From Flectonema sp. DT1601 (Eukaryota): a stretch of 64,000 bases of DNA. Where the stretch lies: assembly GCA_964019425.1 (NCBI GenBank), contig OZ025795.1, forward strand, positions 992,001 through 1,056,000, given 5' to 3'. Below the pieces are notes generated by a model. It searched no databases and was not told the origin of the DNA. It saw nothing but the letters and a program-made list of their open reading frames with translations. Shown piece after piece: positions 1 to 10,865 of this stretch (position 1 is its first letter; each line of letters begins with the position of its first letter). Position numbers and translations under genes: made by a program.

Positions 1-3000
1 ACAACTTGGAATGAATATAGTTTGAAATCCCTTTGCTGTATGCTTCGTCCATTTGAAAGAAGAGGTCACGTCAACCGTCCCTTGCCCTATAGCGAATCCA
101 ATCACCATAGTGCTATTTATCGTGATGACGGTATCGTTTACATCGCTAGTATTTAGTAATCGAAAAAAGACAACAGATGCAACTGAACTAGAAATATCCT
201 TTGAAACAAAGGTTCCATCCTGCTGTGGATCAATATCTGGTTCAACATTACCCGTTGAAATACTGAAGTCTGATACTGCTCGTCTCGACACATCACTATC
301 ACATCCGTAAATATCTAATCCACGCATTCCGGTGGTATTATTTTTGAATCCGACGGCACCATAACTAACTCCAGTAGAAGATAACGGAAACGTGATAGTC
401 ACTTGTAATGCGGGTTGGGCTTTTTCATCTGTCCCCATCTCAATTGTGATATTGAAGTTGTCAATACTCGTATTAACTTCCCTCAAAACTCCACAACTCA
501 CAAATGAAACTCGAGGAGCCGCTGTTGGAACATCAGTCGGTAGGAATGTTGGAAGCTGCGTTGGAAGACTTGTTGGAACAGCAGTAGCACATGAAGTAAC
601 AATTATAATACTGGAACTTCTTTGACTGTGTTGTTGCCAAGTAGTTAAAACCGATCCTTGACCAATAGCATAAGATAGAACTATAGGAACTCCCTCAGTC
701 AGAATATTATCATTCGGATCTCCTGTATCTATCTTTCTGTAAAAGACTATTGAAGTTCTATTTCTGATGACTTTTCTGGATACGAATACACCGTCTTGTT
801 GTAGGTCAGCTATTGTCGGTTTTACATTACCTCCGGCGATGTTGAAATCCTTAATGTCAGAAGTAATGCTGTCGAAAGCATAAATATCCATTCCAACCAT
901 ACTACCTCCTGCAACACCAAAACCGATACCAATAGCTGCATAGTCAACAGCATTGGATGATGGGAAGGTAACATTAAATTGAATCGCAGGATTTGACAAT
1001 TCATCAGTTCCAATGACGTAATCAATACTTAAATCATTAATACCTATAGCCATTGATACACTACTTGAACATGGTGAGAATAATGACGGCGCAAGTGTCG
1101 GAATAGCAGTCGGAACACCAGTTGGAGAGAGTGTATCAGGAGCACTAGTCTGAGCACATTCAGCAAACGTTGTGTTAATTAAAGAGCTTTCAGTATGTTT
1201 CTGCCACGAGTTCAAAGGATTTCCTAATGACCCAGCCCCGTAAGCAACAGCAACAATCATCGATTTATTTAATGACATCAAAACATCGTCAGCGTCAATC
1301 GTGTTAACTTTTCTATAAAACACTACAGTAGTCATATTACCAACAGTACTCGATGATACAAATACTCCGTCTTGTTGAACATCAGCTACAGTTGGCTTCA
1401 CATTCCCAGCTGCGATGTTAAAGTCCTGAACATCAGTAGCGTTGCTATCGAAGGCATAAATATCGAGACCTGTCATACTACTGGTGTTTGTAACACTGAT
1501 ACCAATAGCTGCATAGTCAACAGTATTGGATGATGGGAAGGAAACAGTGAATTGAATTGCAGGATTGGAGAGTTCATCAAACCCAACTTCGTAATCCACA
1601 TCCAAGTCATTGATACCCGTAGTCATTGACACAATACCAGTACAAGGTGTGAATGATGGAGGTGCTGGAGTTGGTACCAACGTTGAAGGAGGAGGAGTTG
1701 CAGGAACAGATGTCGGCGCCAACGTGTCGGGTGCTGCTGTCTGTTGGCAACTCAAAATGGTTACATTCGATGCACTACGTTCACTATGTTTACTCCATGG
1801 GTTGACTGTTCCCAAGACTGACCCTTCACCAATCGCAAAGGCGATAATAAGAGAATCATTAAACTTTATTTCTTCATCTTGTACATCTAACGTGTTAACC
1901 ATTCTATAAAACACTACAGTAGTCATATTACCAACAGTACTCGATGATACAAATACTCCGTCTTGTTGAACATCAGCTACAGTTGGCTTCACATTCCCAG
2001 CTGCGATGTTAAAGTCCTGAACATCAGTAGCGTTGCTATCGAAAGCATAAATATCGAGACCTGTCATACTACTGGTGTTTGTAACACTGATACCAATAGC
2101 TGCATAGTCAACAGTATTGGATGATGGGAAGGAAACAGTGAATTGAATTGCAGGATTGGAGAGTTCATCAAACCCAACTTCGTAATCCACATCCAAGTCA
2201 TTGATACCCGTAGTCATTGACACAATACCAGTACAAGGTGTGAATGATGGAGGTGCTGGAGTTGGTACCAACGTTGAAGGAGGAGGAGTTGCCGGTACAG
2301 ATGTCGGCGCCAACGTGTCGGGTGCTGCTGTCTGTTGGCAACTCAAAATGGTTACATTCGATGCACTACGTTCACTATGTTTACTCCATGGGTTGACTGT
2401 TCCCAAGACTGACCCTTCACCAATCGCAAAGGCGATAATAAGAGAATCATTAAACTTTATTTCTTCATCTTGTACATCTAACGTGTTAACCATTCTATAA
2501 AACACTACAGTAGTCATATTACCAACAGTACTCGATGATACAAATACTCCGTCTTGTTGAACATCAGCTACAGTTGGCTTTACATTCCCAGCTGCGATGT
2601 TAAAGTCCTGAACATCAGTAGCGTTGCTATCGAAAGCATAAATATCGAGACCTGTCATACTACTGGTGTTTGTAACACTGATACCAATAGCTGCATAGTC
2701 AACAGTATTGGATGATGGGAAGGAAACAGTGAATTGAATTGCAGGATTGGAGAGTTCATCAAACCCAACTTCGTAATCCACATCCAAGTCATTGATACCC
2801 GTAGTCATTGACACAATACCAGTACAAGGTGTGAATGATGGAGGTGCTGGAGTTGGTACCAACGTTGAAGGAGGAGGAGTTGCAGGAACAGATGTCGGCG
2901 CCAACGTGTCGGGTGCTGCTGTCTGTTGGCAACTCAAAATGGTTACATTCGATGCACTACGTTCACTATGTTTACTCCATGGGTTGACTGTTCCCAAGAC

Positions 3001-5727
3001 CGACCCTTCACCAATCGCAAAGGCGATAATAAGAGAATCATTAAACTTTATCTCTTCATCTTGTACATCTAACGTGTTAACCATTCTATAAAACACTACA
3101 GTAGTCATATTACCAACAGTACTCGATGATACAAATACTCCGTCTTGTTGAACATCAGCTACAGTTGGCTTCACATTCCCAGCTGCGATGTTAAAGTCCT
3201 GAACATCAGTAGCGTTGCTATCGAAAGCATAAATATCGAGACCTGTCATACTACTGGTGTTTGTAACACTGATACCAATAGCTGCATAGTCAACAGTATT
3301 GGATGATGGGAAGGAAACAGTGAATTGAATTGCAGGATTGGAGAGTTCATCAAACCCAACTTCGTAATCCACATCCAAGTCATTGATACCCGTAGTCATT
3401 GACACAATACCAGTACAAGGTGTGAATGATGGAGGTGCTGGAGTTGGTACCAACGTTGAAGGAGGAGGAGTTGCCGGTACGGATGTCGGCGCCAACGTGT
3501 CGGGTGCTGCTGTCTGTTGGCAACTCAAAATGGTTACATTCGATGCACTACGTTCACTATGTTTACTCCATGGGTTGACTGTTCCCAAGACTGACCCTTC
3601 ACCAATCGCAAAGGCGATAATAAGAGAATCATTAAACTTTATCTCTTCATCTTGTACATCTAACGTGTTAACCATTCTATAAAACACTACAGTAGTCATA
3701 TTACCAACAGTACTCGATGATACAAATACTCCGTCTTGTTGAACATCAGCTACAGTTGGCTTCACATTCCCAGCTGCGATGTTAAAGTCCTGAACATCAG
3801 TAGCGTTGCTATCGAAAGCATAAATATCGAGACCTGTCATACTACTGGTGTTTGTAACACTGATACCAATAGCTGCATAGTCAACAGTATTGGATGATGG
3901 GAAGGAAACAGTGAATTGAATTGCAGGATTGGAGAGTTCATCAAACCCAACTTCGTAATCCACATCCAAGTCATTGATACCCGTAGTCATTGACACAATA
4001 CCAGTACAAGGTGTGAATGATGGAGGTGCTGGAGTTGGTACCAACGTTGAAGGAGGAGGAGTTGCCGGTACGGATGTCGGCGCCAACGTGTCGGGTGCTG
4101 CTGTCTGTTGGCAACTCAAAATGGTTACATTCGATGCACTACGTTCACTATGTTTACTCCATGGGTTGACTGTTCCCAAGACTGACCCTTCACCAATCGC
4201 AAAGGCGATAATAAGAGAATCATTAAACTTTATCTCTTCATCTTGTACATCTAACGTGTTAACCATTCTATAAAACACTACAGTAGTCATATTACCAACA
4301 GTACTCGATGATACAAATACTCCGTCTTGTTGAACATCAGCTACAGTTGGCTTCACATTCCCAGCTGCGATGTTAAAGTCCTGAACATCAGTAGCGTTGC
4401 TATCGAAAGCATAAATATCGAGACCTGTCATACTACTGGTGTTTGTAACACTGATACCAATAGCTGCATAGTCAACAGTATTGGATGATGGGAAGGAAAC
4501 AGTGAATTGAATTGCAGGATTGGAGCGTTCATCAAATCCAACTTCGTAATCCACATCCAAGTCATTGATACCCGTAGTCATTGACACAATACCAGTACAA
4601 GGTGTGAATGATGGAGTCGAAGTCGCGCAAGACGATAGAGTAAAGTTACCAGCCCCACTATGAATGTGTTTAGTCCAAGACTGTTGATCAAAGACTGACC
4701 CCTTACCTGATGCATAAGAAATAATTATTGAATCACTTGGGTTGAGTTGAACATCGGATGTATCTCCCGTTGTCAACTTTCTATAAAACACGACAGTTGT
4801 TAAGTTCGATACCCGCTGAGAACTAATTATCACACCATCTTGCTGGATGTCGATGACCGATGGTTTGCCGTTCGCAGCTGCGATGTTAAAGTCCTGAACA
4901 TCAGTAGCGTTGCTATCGAAGGCATAAATATCGAGACCTGTCATACTACTGGTGTTTGTAACACTGATACCAATAGCTGCATAGTCAACAGTATTGGATG
5001 ATGGGAAGGAAACAGTGAATTGAATTGCAGGATCCGATTGCGAATCAAAACCCATCTCAAACGCAACATCAAAGTCAGACACTCCAGTTGGAATATCAAC
5101 AGAAGATGAACATGACGTAAAGGAAGCAGGTGTACATGAAATCACCGGAAGTACTATTTCCTGTTTACCAGCATCCTGCTTTTGATGTGCCACCCAAGTA
5201 GGCATCGTTCCCACAACAGTACCCAGACCAGAAGCATACGCCAGAGTAAAAGAAACGTTTGGTTCTATTTTGAAGTCGTTCACGTCTTGGGTATCAAATT
5301 TTCTATAAAATTTCATCTTTCTCATATCAGGAGCTACGGATATAACAGAAACGACTGTAGCATCTTGTTGGGTATCCAGCAGCTGAGGTTTTGCATTTCC
5401 AGTCATAATATTATAGTCGTAAACATCAATGCTCTCAGTGTCGAATGCGAAAACGTCTAACCCTAACATACCGACAGTTGATGAGTTCGATTGGAATCCA
5501 ACAGCAGCATAAGAAGATGCGTTATAAGAGAATGAGACTGTTAATTGTAAGCAGTCATTACCATTCTCGTCAACTCCCATTTCGTAGATTATTTCTGAAA
5601 TTGGTCCACCAACTGGATTCAACACATCCTCATAACAAGACGTAAAGACACTTGTCACCTCCTCAACTTCGAAAATCAACAACAACACCACCACAAGACT
5701 CAAACGCACCACAGACGTAAATGACAT
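1..5727 (-). CDS. Large secreted/surface protein with at least 10 tandem DOMON (heme-binding type) domains joined by Pro/Thr-rich linkers; runs off the left edge
   Basis: ATG at 5727 begins MSFTSVVRLSLVVVLLLIFEV (signal-like). The segments I translated are open and stay in phase to position 1 (...FKWTKHTAKGFQTIFIPSC). The ORF is missing from the track because no stop lies in the window. Each unit has YAAIG..SSMTGLDIYAFD..FYR...D..D..I...IIAFAIG..W.KH, the DOMON pattern with Met and His ligands. Confidence 0.88.
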   Translation of the reverse strand, partial: MSFTSVVRLSLVVVLLLIFEVEEVTSVFTSCYEDVLNPVGGPISEIIYEMGVDENGNDCLQLTVSFSYNASSYAAVGFQSNSSTVGMLGLDVFAFDTESIDVYDYNIMTGNAKPQLLDTQQDATVVSVISVAPDMRKMKFYRKFDTQDVNDFKIEPNVSFTLAYASGLGTVVGTMPTWVAHQKQDAGKQEIVLPVISCTPASFTSCSSSVDIPTGVSDFDVAFEMGFDSQSDPAIQFTVSFPSSNTVDYAAIGISVTNTSSMTGLDIYAFDSNATDVQDFNIAAANGKPSVIDIQQDGVIISSQRVSNLTTVVFYRKLTTGDTSDVQLNPSDSIIISYASGKGSVFDQQSWTKHIHSGAGNFTLSSCATSTPSFTPCTGIVSMTTGINDLDVDYEVGFDERSNPAIQFTVSFPSSNTVDYAAIGISVTNTSSMTGLDIYAFDSNATDVQDFNIAAGNVKPTVADVQQDGVFVSSSTVGNMTTVVFYRMVNTLDVQDEEIKFNDSLIIAFAIGEGSVLGTVNPWSKHSERSASNVTILSCQQTAAPDTLAPTSVPATPPPSTLVPTPAPPSFTPCTGIVSMTTGINDLDVDYEVGFDELSNPAIQFTVSFPSSNTVDYAAIGISVTNTSSMTGLDIYAFDSNATDVQDFNIAAGNVKPTVADVQQDGVFVSSSTVGNMTTVVFYRMVNTLDVQDEEIKFNDSLIIAFAIGEGSVLGTVNPWSKHSERSASNVTILSCQQTAAPDTLAPTSVPATPPPSTLVPTPAPPSFTPCTGIVSMTTGINDLDVDYEVGFDELSNPAIQFTVSFPSSNTVDYAAIGISVTNTSSMTGLDIYAFDSNATDVQDFNIAAGNVKPTVADVQQDGVFVSSSTVGNMTTVVFYRMVNTLDVQDEEIKFNDSLIIAFAIGEGSVLGTVNPWSKHSERSASNVTILSCQQTAAPDTLAPTSVPATPPPSTLVPTPAPPSFTPCTGIVSMTTGINDLDVDYEVGFDELSNPAIQFTVSFPSSNTVDYAAIGISVTNTSSMTGLDIYAFDSNATDVQDFNIAAGNVKPTVADVQQDGVFVSSSTVGNMTTVVFYRMVNTLDVQDEEIKFNDSLIIAFAIGEGSVLGTVNPWSKHSERSASNVTILSCQQTAAPDTLAPTSVPATPPPSTLVPTPAPPSFTPCTGIVSMTTGINDLDVDYEVGFDELSNPAIQFTVSFPSSNTVDYAAIGISVTNTSSMTGLDIYAFDSNATDVQDFNIAAGNVKPTVADVQQDGVFVSSSTVGNMTTVVFYRMVNTLDVQDEEIKFNDSLIIAFAIGEGSVLGTVNPWSKHSERSASNVTILSCQQTAAPDTLAPTSVPATPPPSTLVPTPAPPSFTPCTGIVSMTTGINDLDVDYEVGFDELSNPAIQFTVSFPSSNTVDYAAIGISVTNTSSMTGLDIYAFDSNATDVQDFNIAAGNVKPTVADVQQDGVFVSSSTVGNMTTVVFYRKVNTIDADDVLMSLNKSMIVAVAYGAGSLGNPLNSWQKHTESSLINTTFAECAQTSAPDTLSPTGVPTAIPTLAPSLFSPCSSSVSMAIGINDLSIDYVIGTDELSNPAIQFNVTFPSSNAVDYAAIGIGFGVAGGSMVGMDIYAFDSITSDIKDFNIAGGNVKPTIADLQQDGVFVSRKVIRNRTSIVFYRKIDTGDPNDNILTEGVPIVLSYAIGQGSVLTTWQQHSQRSSSIIIVTSCATAVPTSLPTQLPTFLPTDVPTAAPRVSFVSCGVLREVNTSIDNFNITIEMGTDEKAQPALQVTITFPLSSTGVSYGAVGFKNNTTGMRGLDIYGCDSDVSRRAVSDFSISTGNVEPDIDPQQDGTFVSKDISSSVASVVFFRLLNTSDVNDTVITINSTMVIGFAIGQGTVDVTSSFKWTKHTAKGFQTIFIPSC
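1311..4616. repeat. 591-bp near-identical coding tandem repeat (about 5.6 copies; 197 aa DOMON plus linker)
   Basis: Identical antisense ORFs at 1610, 2201, 2792, 3383 and 3974 give a 591-bp period. Copies differ by only a few substitutions. Confidence 0.97.
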
Positions 5728-7345
5728 TGTGTGATGCGCTGAAATACAGAGATGATAAATAATTTTTAAAAAAATACGAGAGGCTAAAACTTAAATCGAA
5801 ATGGTGTCCCATTCCAGGGGGTTGAAATGTTTGATTATATTTATGAAGAAATAAATATCTGTATTGTACCAGAGGTAACTAAAATAAACATTAGTTATAA
5901 GGATACAGTGAACTATGGTGATGCTTACCTTAACCTTCTGAAGTACTATTTAGCAATCCATGTACCTCTTTACTTCTATTCTCTCATCATCAGTTATGGT
6001 GTAGCATCTGTGTGGGGGTGAAATTATTCTTTGTAAGAAAACGTAAAAAAAAATTTTTTTTTTTTGTTCCCTACATACTCGAAGCACATAAGACACCACA
6101 GCACAGAGAATACACAAATCAAGAAAAAAAAAAGAAGAAAAAAAGTGAAAACTCGGACTACAAGAAAATAAAAAGTTTTTTCTTTATTTCTTTATTTCAC
6201 CAGCACCTCCTTGCTGACTCTCTTATGTAAACTGGGGGATTCAAGTTCGTGTTGTTTTTTTTTTTTTTTTTTTTCTGTCCATTCTTCGAACTGCTGAACA
6301 CTCAATTACGAATTGGGAATTTGAGAAGGGATGGGACATCAGTGGAAAAAAAAAAAGGGAACGGGAAAGAAAAAAAAAAAGAACTAAAATGACCCGTAAC
6401 TTGTGTTATATTTTTTACCATCATTCCAATAGCAGTAAAAAAAAAAATGGGTAAAAAATAAATAACAAGATGGTTGCTTGCCGTTGTCCATAACCTTCCT
6501 TTTTTTTTTTTTTTTTTTTAATATAAAGGCAAAGATGCATACATATCAAGCAAAGGGTTTCAAATTTATTCGCTTTTGTAAACCAGTCCATGAACGCGGA
6601 AGGGGGTTCGTGCAGATGCACATCGGTCGTAGCAATGAAAACTGAGCGAAAAAAGAAGGGGAAAAAATTCATTTTCGTTATAAAAACGCAGGAAGAAAAG
6701 AAGGGGGTAGTGGAAAAAAAAAAAAAAAAGAAATTCGCGCACTGAGGGTTGGGATGAGGCAGTAATTTTTTTCTGTGAAGACTACGTCGCAATTTGTGCA
6801 GTCATTCAGTTGGTATCAAAAAAAACAAGACCAACACACTCTGTCTGTTCACAGTAAACGTGACTTACCAGTAATCTTTTTATCACAAAGGAGAAAACTT
6901 TAATTTCTTTACATCTGATTTAATTTTACTTTTTTTTTTTTTTTTTTTCTTTCTGCAGCTAAAAGAGCTGCTCAACGCCGAGAGAAGAGAAACCTCCTCT
7001 GCATCTGGACGTAGGCTGGTACTGTCACCGCCTTCACCTTTATTATCTCTGTTAGTAACCGAAGAGTGATACTGGAATTCCAACGTGGGCATGGCAGCCA
7101 CATTGTTTGGCGCTGCTATGTTGACGCAATTTATCAAATAGCCTTCTTACGACTTCATTCAACATTACGAGAGAATGAATTAATCGTATTCTTTTTATTC
7201 TTTTTTTTATTATTATTATTATTATTTGGCATTTTTTAACCAACGCGCGCTTGCACAACAGAAAGGAATACGTGTATAACGTATTCAAGTATCGCAAGGC
7301 AATCTGAAGAAGAAATCAAAGAAGGTCCCAACACGACTGATCGCC

Positions 7346-8751
7346 TCACTGGTGCCGCCTATTTCTTATACTCCGCAAGCTTTCATTTTTCTGCAGCTTA
7401 GTTGCGTGGCTCAAATCTCTTCTTTCCGGAGACGTTTCCTTCCATGCTGTTGGGTTGGTTGTTTTTGTTTGTTTGTTTGTTTGTTTGTTTTTCAGAGAGA
7501 AATCAATATCATAAAAACATACATTTGTAAAACAGAAGCTCTTGGCTGTGGTTTCTTATTGTCTTCAAGCGCCTTCTGAGTCTCAGCCTCACGTACAGCG
7601 ATAGCTTTCTTGTGTTGGGATTCAATCACAGTTTGGTGGTGCTTTCTCTTCTCCTTGATTTCTTCCTCCATTCCCTTCTTAAGTTCTTTCAGTTCAGCGT
7701 TTTCGTTTACCAAATCCTTGCTAACCTTTGATTCCCTAACTAAGGCTGTGCGAAGTGTGCCGATAGTTCTGTCCAAGTCCTGAAGCTCACCCATCTTACC
7801 ATTGCGACCCTCTTCCCAGTCTTTCTTAATGTTTTGGTATTGGTTAGCAACTTGTAACTTCTGAAGACGGTATTCCTGTGCTCTTCCCTTTGATTCCTGT
7901 TGTGTGATTTTATTTTTTGAAAAATGATCATAATAAAGATAACAAAGAAATCATAAATAAAAAACACATACTATGAATTTACTGACGAGGTTCTCTTCCC
8001 AAATGCGGAGTCTCTCCTCCTTTACTTCTACAATACCATTTTGACCAAATTGACCTGTTGATTTAGTGTGTTGAAGCTATCTGCGTACAGTAATAAAGAA
8101 TCTATAAAACAATAAATATTACATACCACTTCTTCTTGGGTCAACTGGTCTCTGTTTGATGTAAGACCCTCTGTTAAGATGCCATGAAAGTTGTTTTTGT
8201 TTTCTAGTGAGCTCCGATTGAACTGACTGAAGACGACGTCTTTCGATTCTCCAGGCGTCTTCAATCGCACCCAATTCCTCTTCTTTCTGTCTTATAATTC
8301 CAGGTATCGCACTTGGTGCTCTTTGTTGAAGTTCACGTAGCTTTTCTTTTACTTCTGTGTCTTCTCTTTCTGCTTGTTCGATTTCTCTGTATAAGGCTTG
8401 AAGATCATTCTCACGTTGGACGCAGGTTTCAGAAAGTGATTCTGAGCAACCGAATGGATCAGTGGTCGTGAACTTTGACTCTTCTTCAGCTTCTTTCTTA
8501 GTAAGTTCGAGAAGCTCTTGAACTTCAGCTTTGACTTGATCGATTCGAAGCTGACGTTCTTCTTTTATCTTCGAAGCGTCGTTCTCATGTTGCTGAAGCT
8601 CAGCCTTCAACATGCTGTTTCGCTGTTCAGCAGCCAAGTAATCTTCCTTAGCCTGAGTGACAGCATCATCCTGTAATTCCTCCATCTCTAACTTCATAAC
8701 ATCTCTGTGAAGCTGGTTAACAACTTCTTGAAGCTCATCTTTCTCACTCAT
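7346..8751 (-). CDS. Coiled-coil protein of unknown function, 4 exons (8751-8127, 8054-7972, 7896-7523, 7446-7346)
   Basis: Three GTATGT...CAG introns join track ORFs 8119-8751 and 7492-7794 in frame. The protein ends ...SIRNRRHQ* and is E/K/Q heptad-rich. Confidence 0.8.
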
Positions 8752-9404
8752 GTTGATACGTAGGAGTCGATTACCTTAATGGGAGAGAGAGGAGGATAAT
8801 ATTAAATAAAACGACTAAACATATTCAACCATGAATACACTTCCATTACCGTTGATAAACAAGGTAACGACTTGCAGATCTGTAAGAGAAACCGTTCGAA
8901 GAGAGCTCGAAAATTATTTTAACCCGCAATAATTTTATACAGAAAATCGTAATACGACCCAAGGGGGAAGGCTGACCACAATACAGAAGACTTCCCGCAC
9001 CGTAGGTGGTATTAGTCGTTCGTAGAGTCTCTCCAACAGACGTATAAAACTAAGAAAAAGAAAAAATTGGCTTTTCAAATAAATACAAAGGATTCATAAA
9101 ATTCGTGGTGGGAACACCAATTTTTTTTTTTTTTTTTTCTTTTGCACCGACAGATTGAAAGCCGATATATTCTTATAGTTATGATTTGTTATTACTTGTC
9201 TCCCCCCGTGCGACAGGATTCCGTCTGCGTTCAACGAAACAAAAGTCTAATCTGAAAAAAATTTTGTTCTTTGTTTGTTTACCAAAAACACCTCTGACAG
9301 ATCGTGAGAGCTACAAAGGATTACACATATTGTCCAACATTCTTTTTACCCCTCATTAAAAAAAAAAGTTGGGGGGGCTAGGATGGGGGGGAAAAAGGGG
9401 ATTC

Positions 9405-9953
9405 TCATGAGGTAAAGTAAATAGAAACAAATAAAATAACACAAAATATAAGAAACGGTATTAAGATGTGCAAAAATGCACTTGGAGATGACCATTTTCC
9501 TTTGAAAAGCACCAACGCAACAGCAGAAGCAATATTATAATGAATTCCCAGTATCTCTAAAGCGTGAACAGTATGGTGGTGGCAATTTTGACAACACAAG
9601 TTGTGCATTTTGTGTGAATATACTTCATCTGCTTTTGCTACGGCATCATCCCAAGCATCGCGGCCACCGCATTCATTTGGATCCATTGGGTAGTATTTAA
9701 GTACTTTACCTACCATGAATCTGTCAATACAAATTGTGTAGGGACCGGCGAAGTCATGAATACGACCATCGCTGTCAGTGATACCCATGTGGCCTATGAA
9801 TGGAAACATCCAACTTAAACATGGTAACGCTCCCCAGACAATTGAACATGGAAATCTGTTTCTTGCCGCATCAACTTCCGGGAGTGTGCTGCTCTCTCGT
9901 CCAGAAACATCAGCTGCAGGTGTGTAATTCATGTCTGTATCACCTCGATGCAT
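9405..9953 (-). CDS. TMEM222: TMEM222 / RTE1-like (DUF778) membrane protein
   Basis: Motifs RFPCSIVW..LP..SW.FPFIGHMGI.DSDG.IHDFAGPY and WD.AV......Y...HNL...NCH.H, plus a C-terminal TM helix. Confidence 0.9.
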   Translation of the reverse strand: MHRGDTDMNYTPAADVSGRESSTLPEVDAARNRFPCSIVWGALPCLSWMFPFIGHMGITDSDGRIHDFAGPYTICIDRFMVGKVLKYYPMDPNECGGRDAWDDAVAKADEVYSHKMHNLCCQNCHHHTVHALEILGIHYNIASAVALVLFKGKWSSPSAFLHILIPFLIFCVILFVSIYFTS

Positions 9954-10033
9954 GTATTAGTGGAGCTGTAAAGAGTTTATTTATAATTGTAGTTTTTTTC
10001 ATACACAATAAAAACTGTGACAAGTTAACGAAC

Positions 10034-10477
10034 TCAGTCAAACATATCAATATCGTCATCATTATTAACAACAACAGGTCCAGAATGTTCTTTTGTATCA
10101 TTTTTCTTATCCTCATTTAACTCTTTATTTAATTCAGGTAGCTTATGGAGTGAAGCCATTTTCATGATGTCGAGGAGTTTATTCGATTTTTTACTATCAG
10201 TGGATGGTACACCAAGTGATGTGTTTAGAGGAGGATCAGTTTTTTTCTTTAAAGGCGGAGGTGGCGGTAACATCGTTAGGGTGGCCGTTGATGTCTTTTT
10301 TGGGATGTCTTCTTGTTTTAATTTTTTTATGTCGGGTTTTTTTTTATTCGAAAAGTAGTCCTCCTCCGAGGAATCGTCCTCCGACTCATTGTCATCCCAA
10401 TCTCTGTTTTTTTTTTTTTCAATCTTACCTCCCGAATAGTTCTCAAGGAATTCATTCACCGCTTCTTTTGCATCCAT
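10034..10477 (-). CDS. Small charged low-complexity protein, unknown function
   Basis: 147-aa ORF on the cluster strand with acidic, Lys-rich and poly-Pro segments. A TACAG acceptor lies just upstream of the ATG. Confidence 0.6.
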   Translation of the reverse strand: MDAKEAVNEFLENYSGGKIEKKKNRDWDDNESEDDSSEEDYFSNKKKPDIKKLKQEDIPKKTSTATLTMLPPPPPLKKKTDPPLNTSLGVPSTDSKKSNKLLDIMKMASLHKLPELNKELNEDKKNDTKEHSGPVVVNNDDDIDMFD

Positions 10478-10865
10478 TTCAGGGCTTTAATGGCTGTAAA
10501 TAACTAAAAATTGAGAGACTGTTTGATTAGGTTCATACGAATATAAATCTCTGTATTGTATCAGAGCTCGATAATAAAATTAAAAAAATCATGACACAGT
10601 GACTAAAAGTTTGTTTATACGCAATCGGAAACAAGCCTATAAAGTAAATGGTTGCTAACGTTACGCTGCCACGATTCTCTTTCGCTCATAGAACATGTCT
10701 GCAAGATGGAAACAAGGATCTCGACCAGAATGCATCATTTTGTTAAACTGAAATAGAATGTTGTTTTCTTATTTTGTTTATTCAAAAAATGAATGAATTA
10801 AAAAAAAAAAAACTCAATTAATTTTTTGGTGTTCACAACGATCGATAAAAAACTACTTGTGAATA

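Noticed and set aside
1610..4273. Five identical 99-aa plus-strand ORFs
   Set aside because: They are antisense shadows of the minus-strand DOMON repeat.
5827..7297. Short K/F-rich ORFs here and in other intergenic regions
   Set aside because: They arise from poly-A/poly-T runs.
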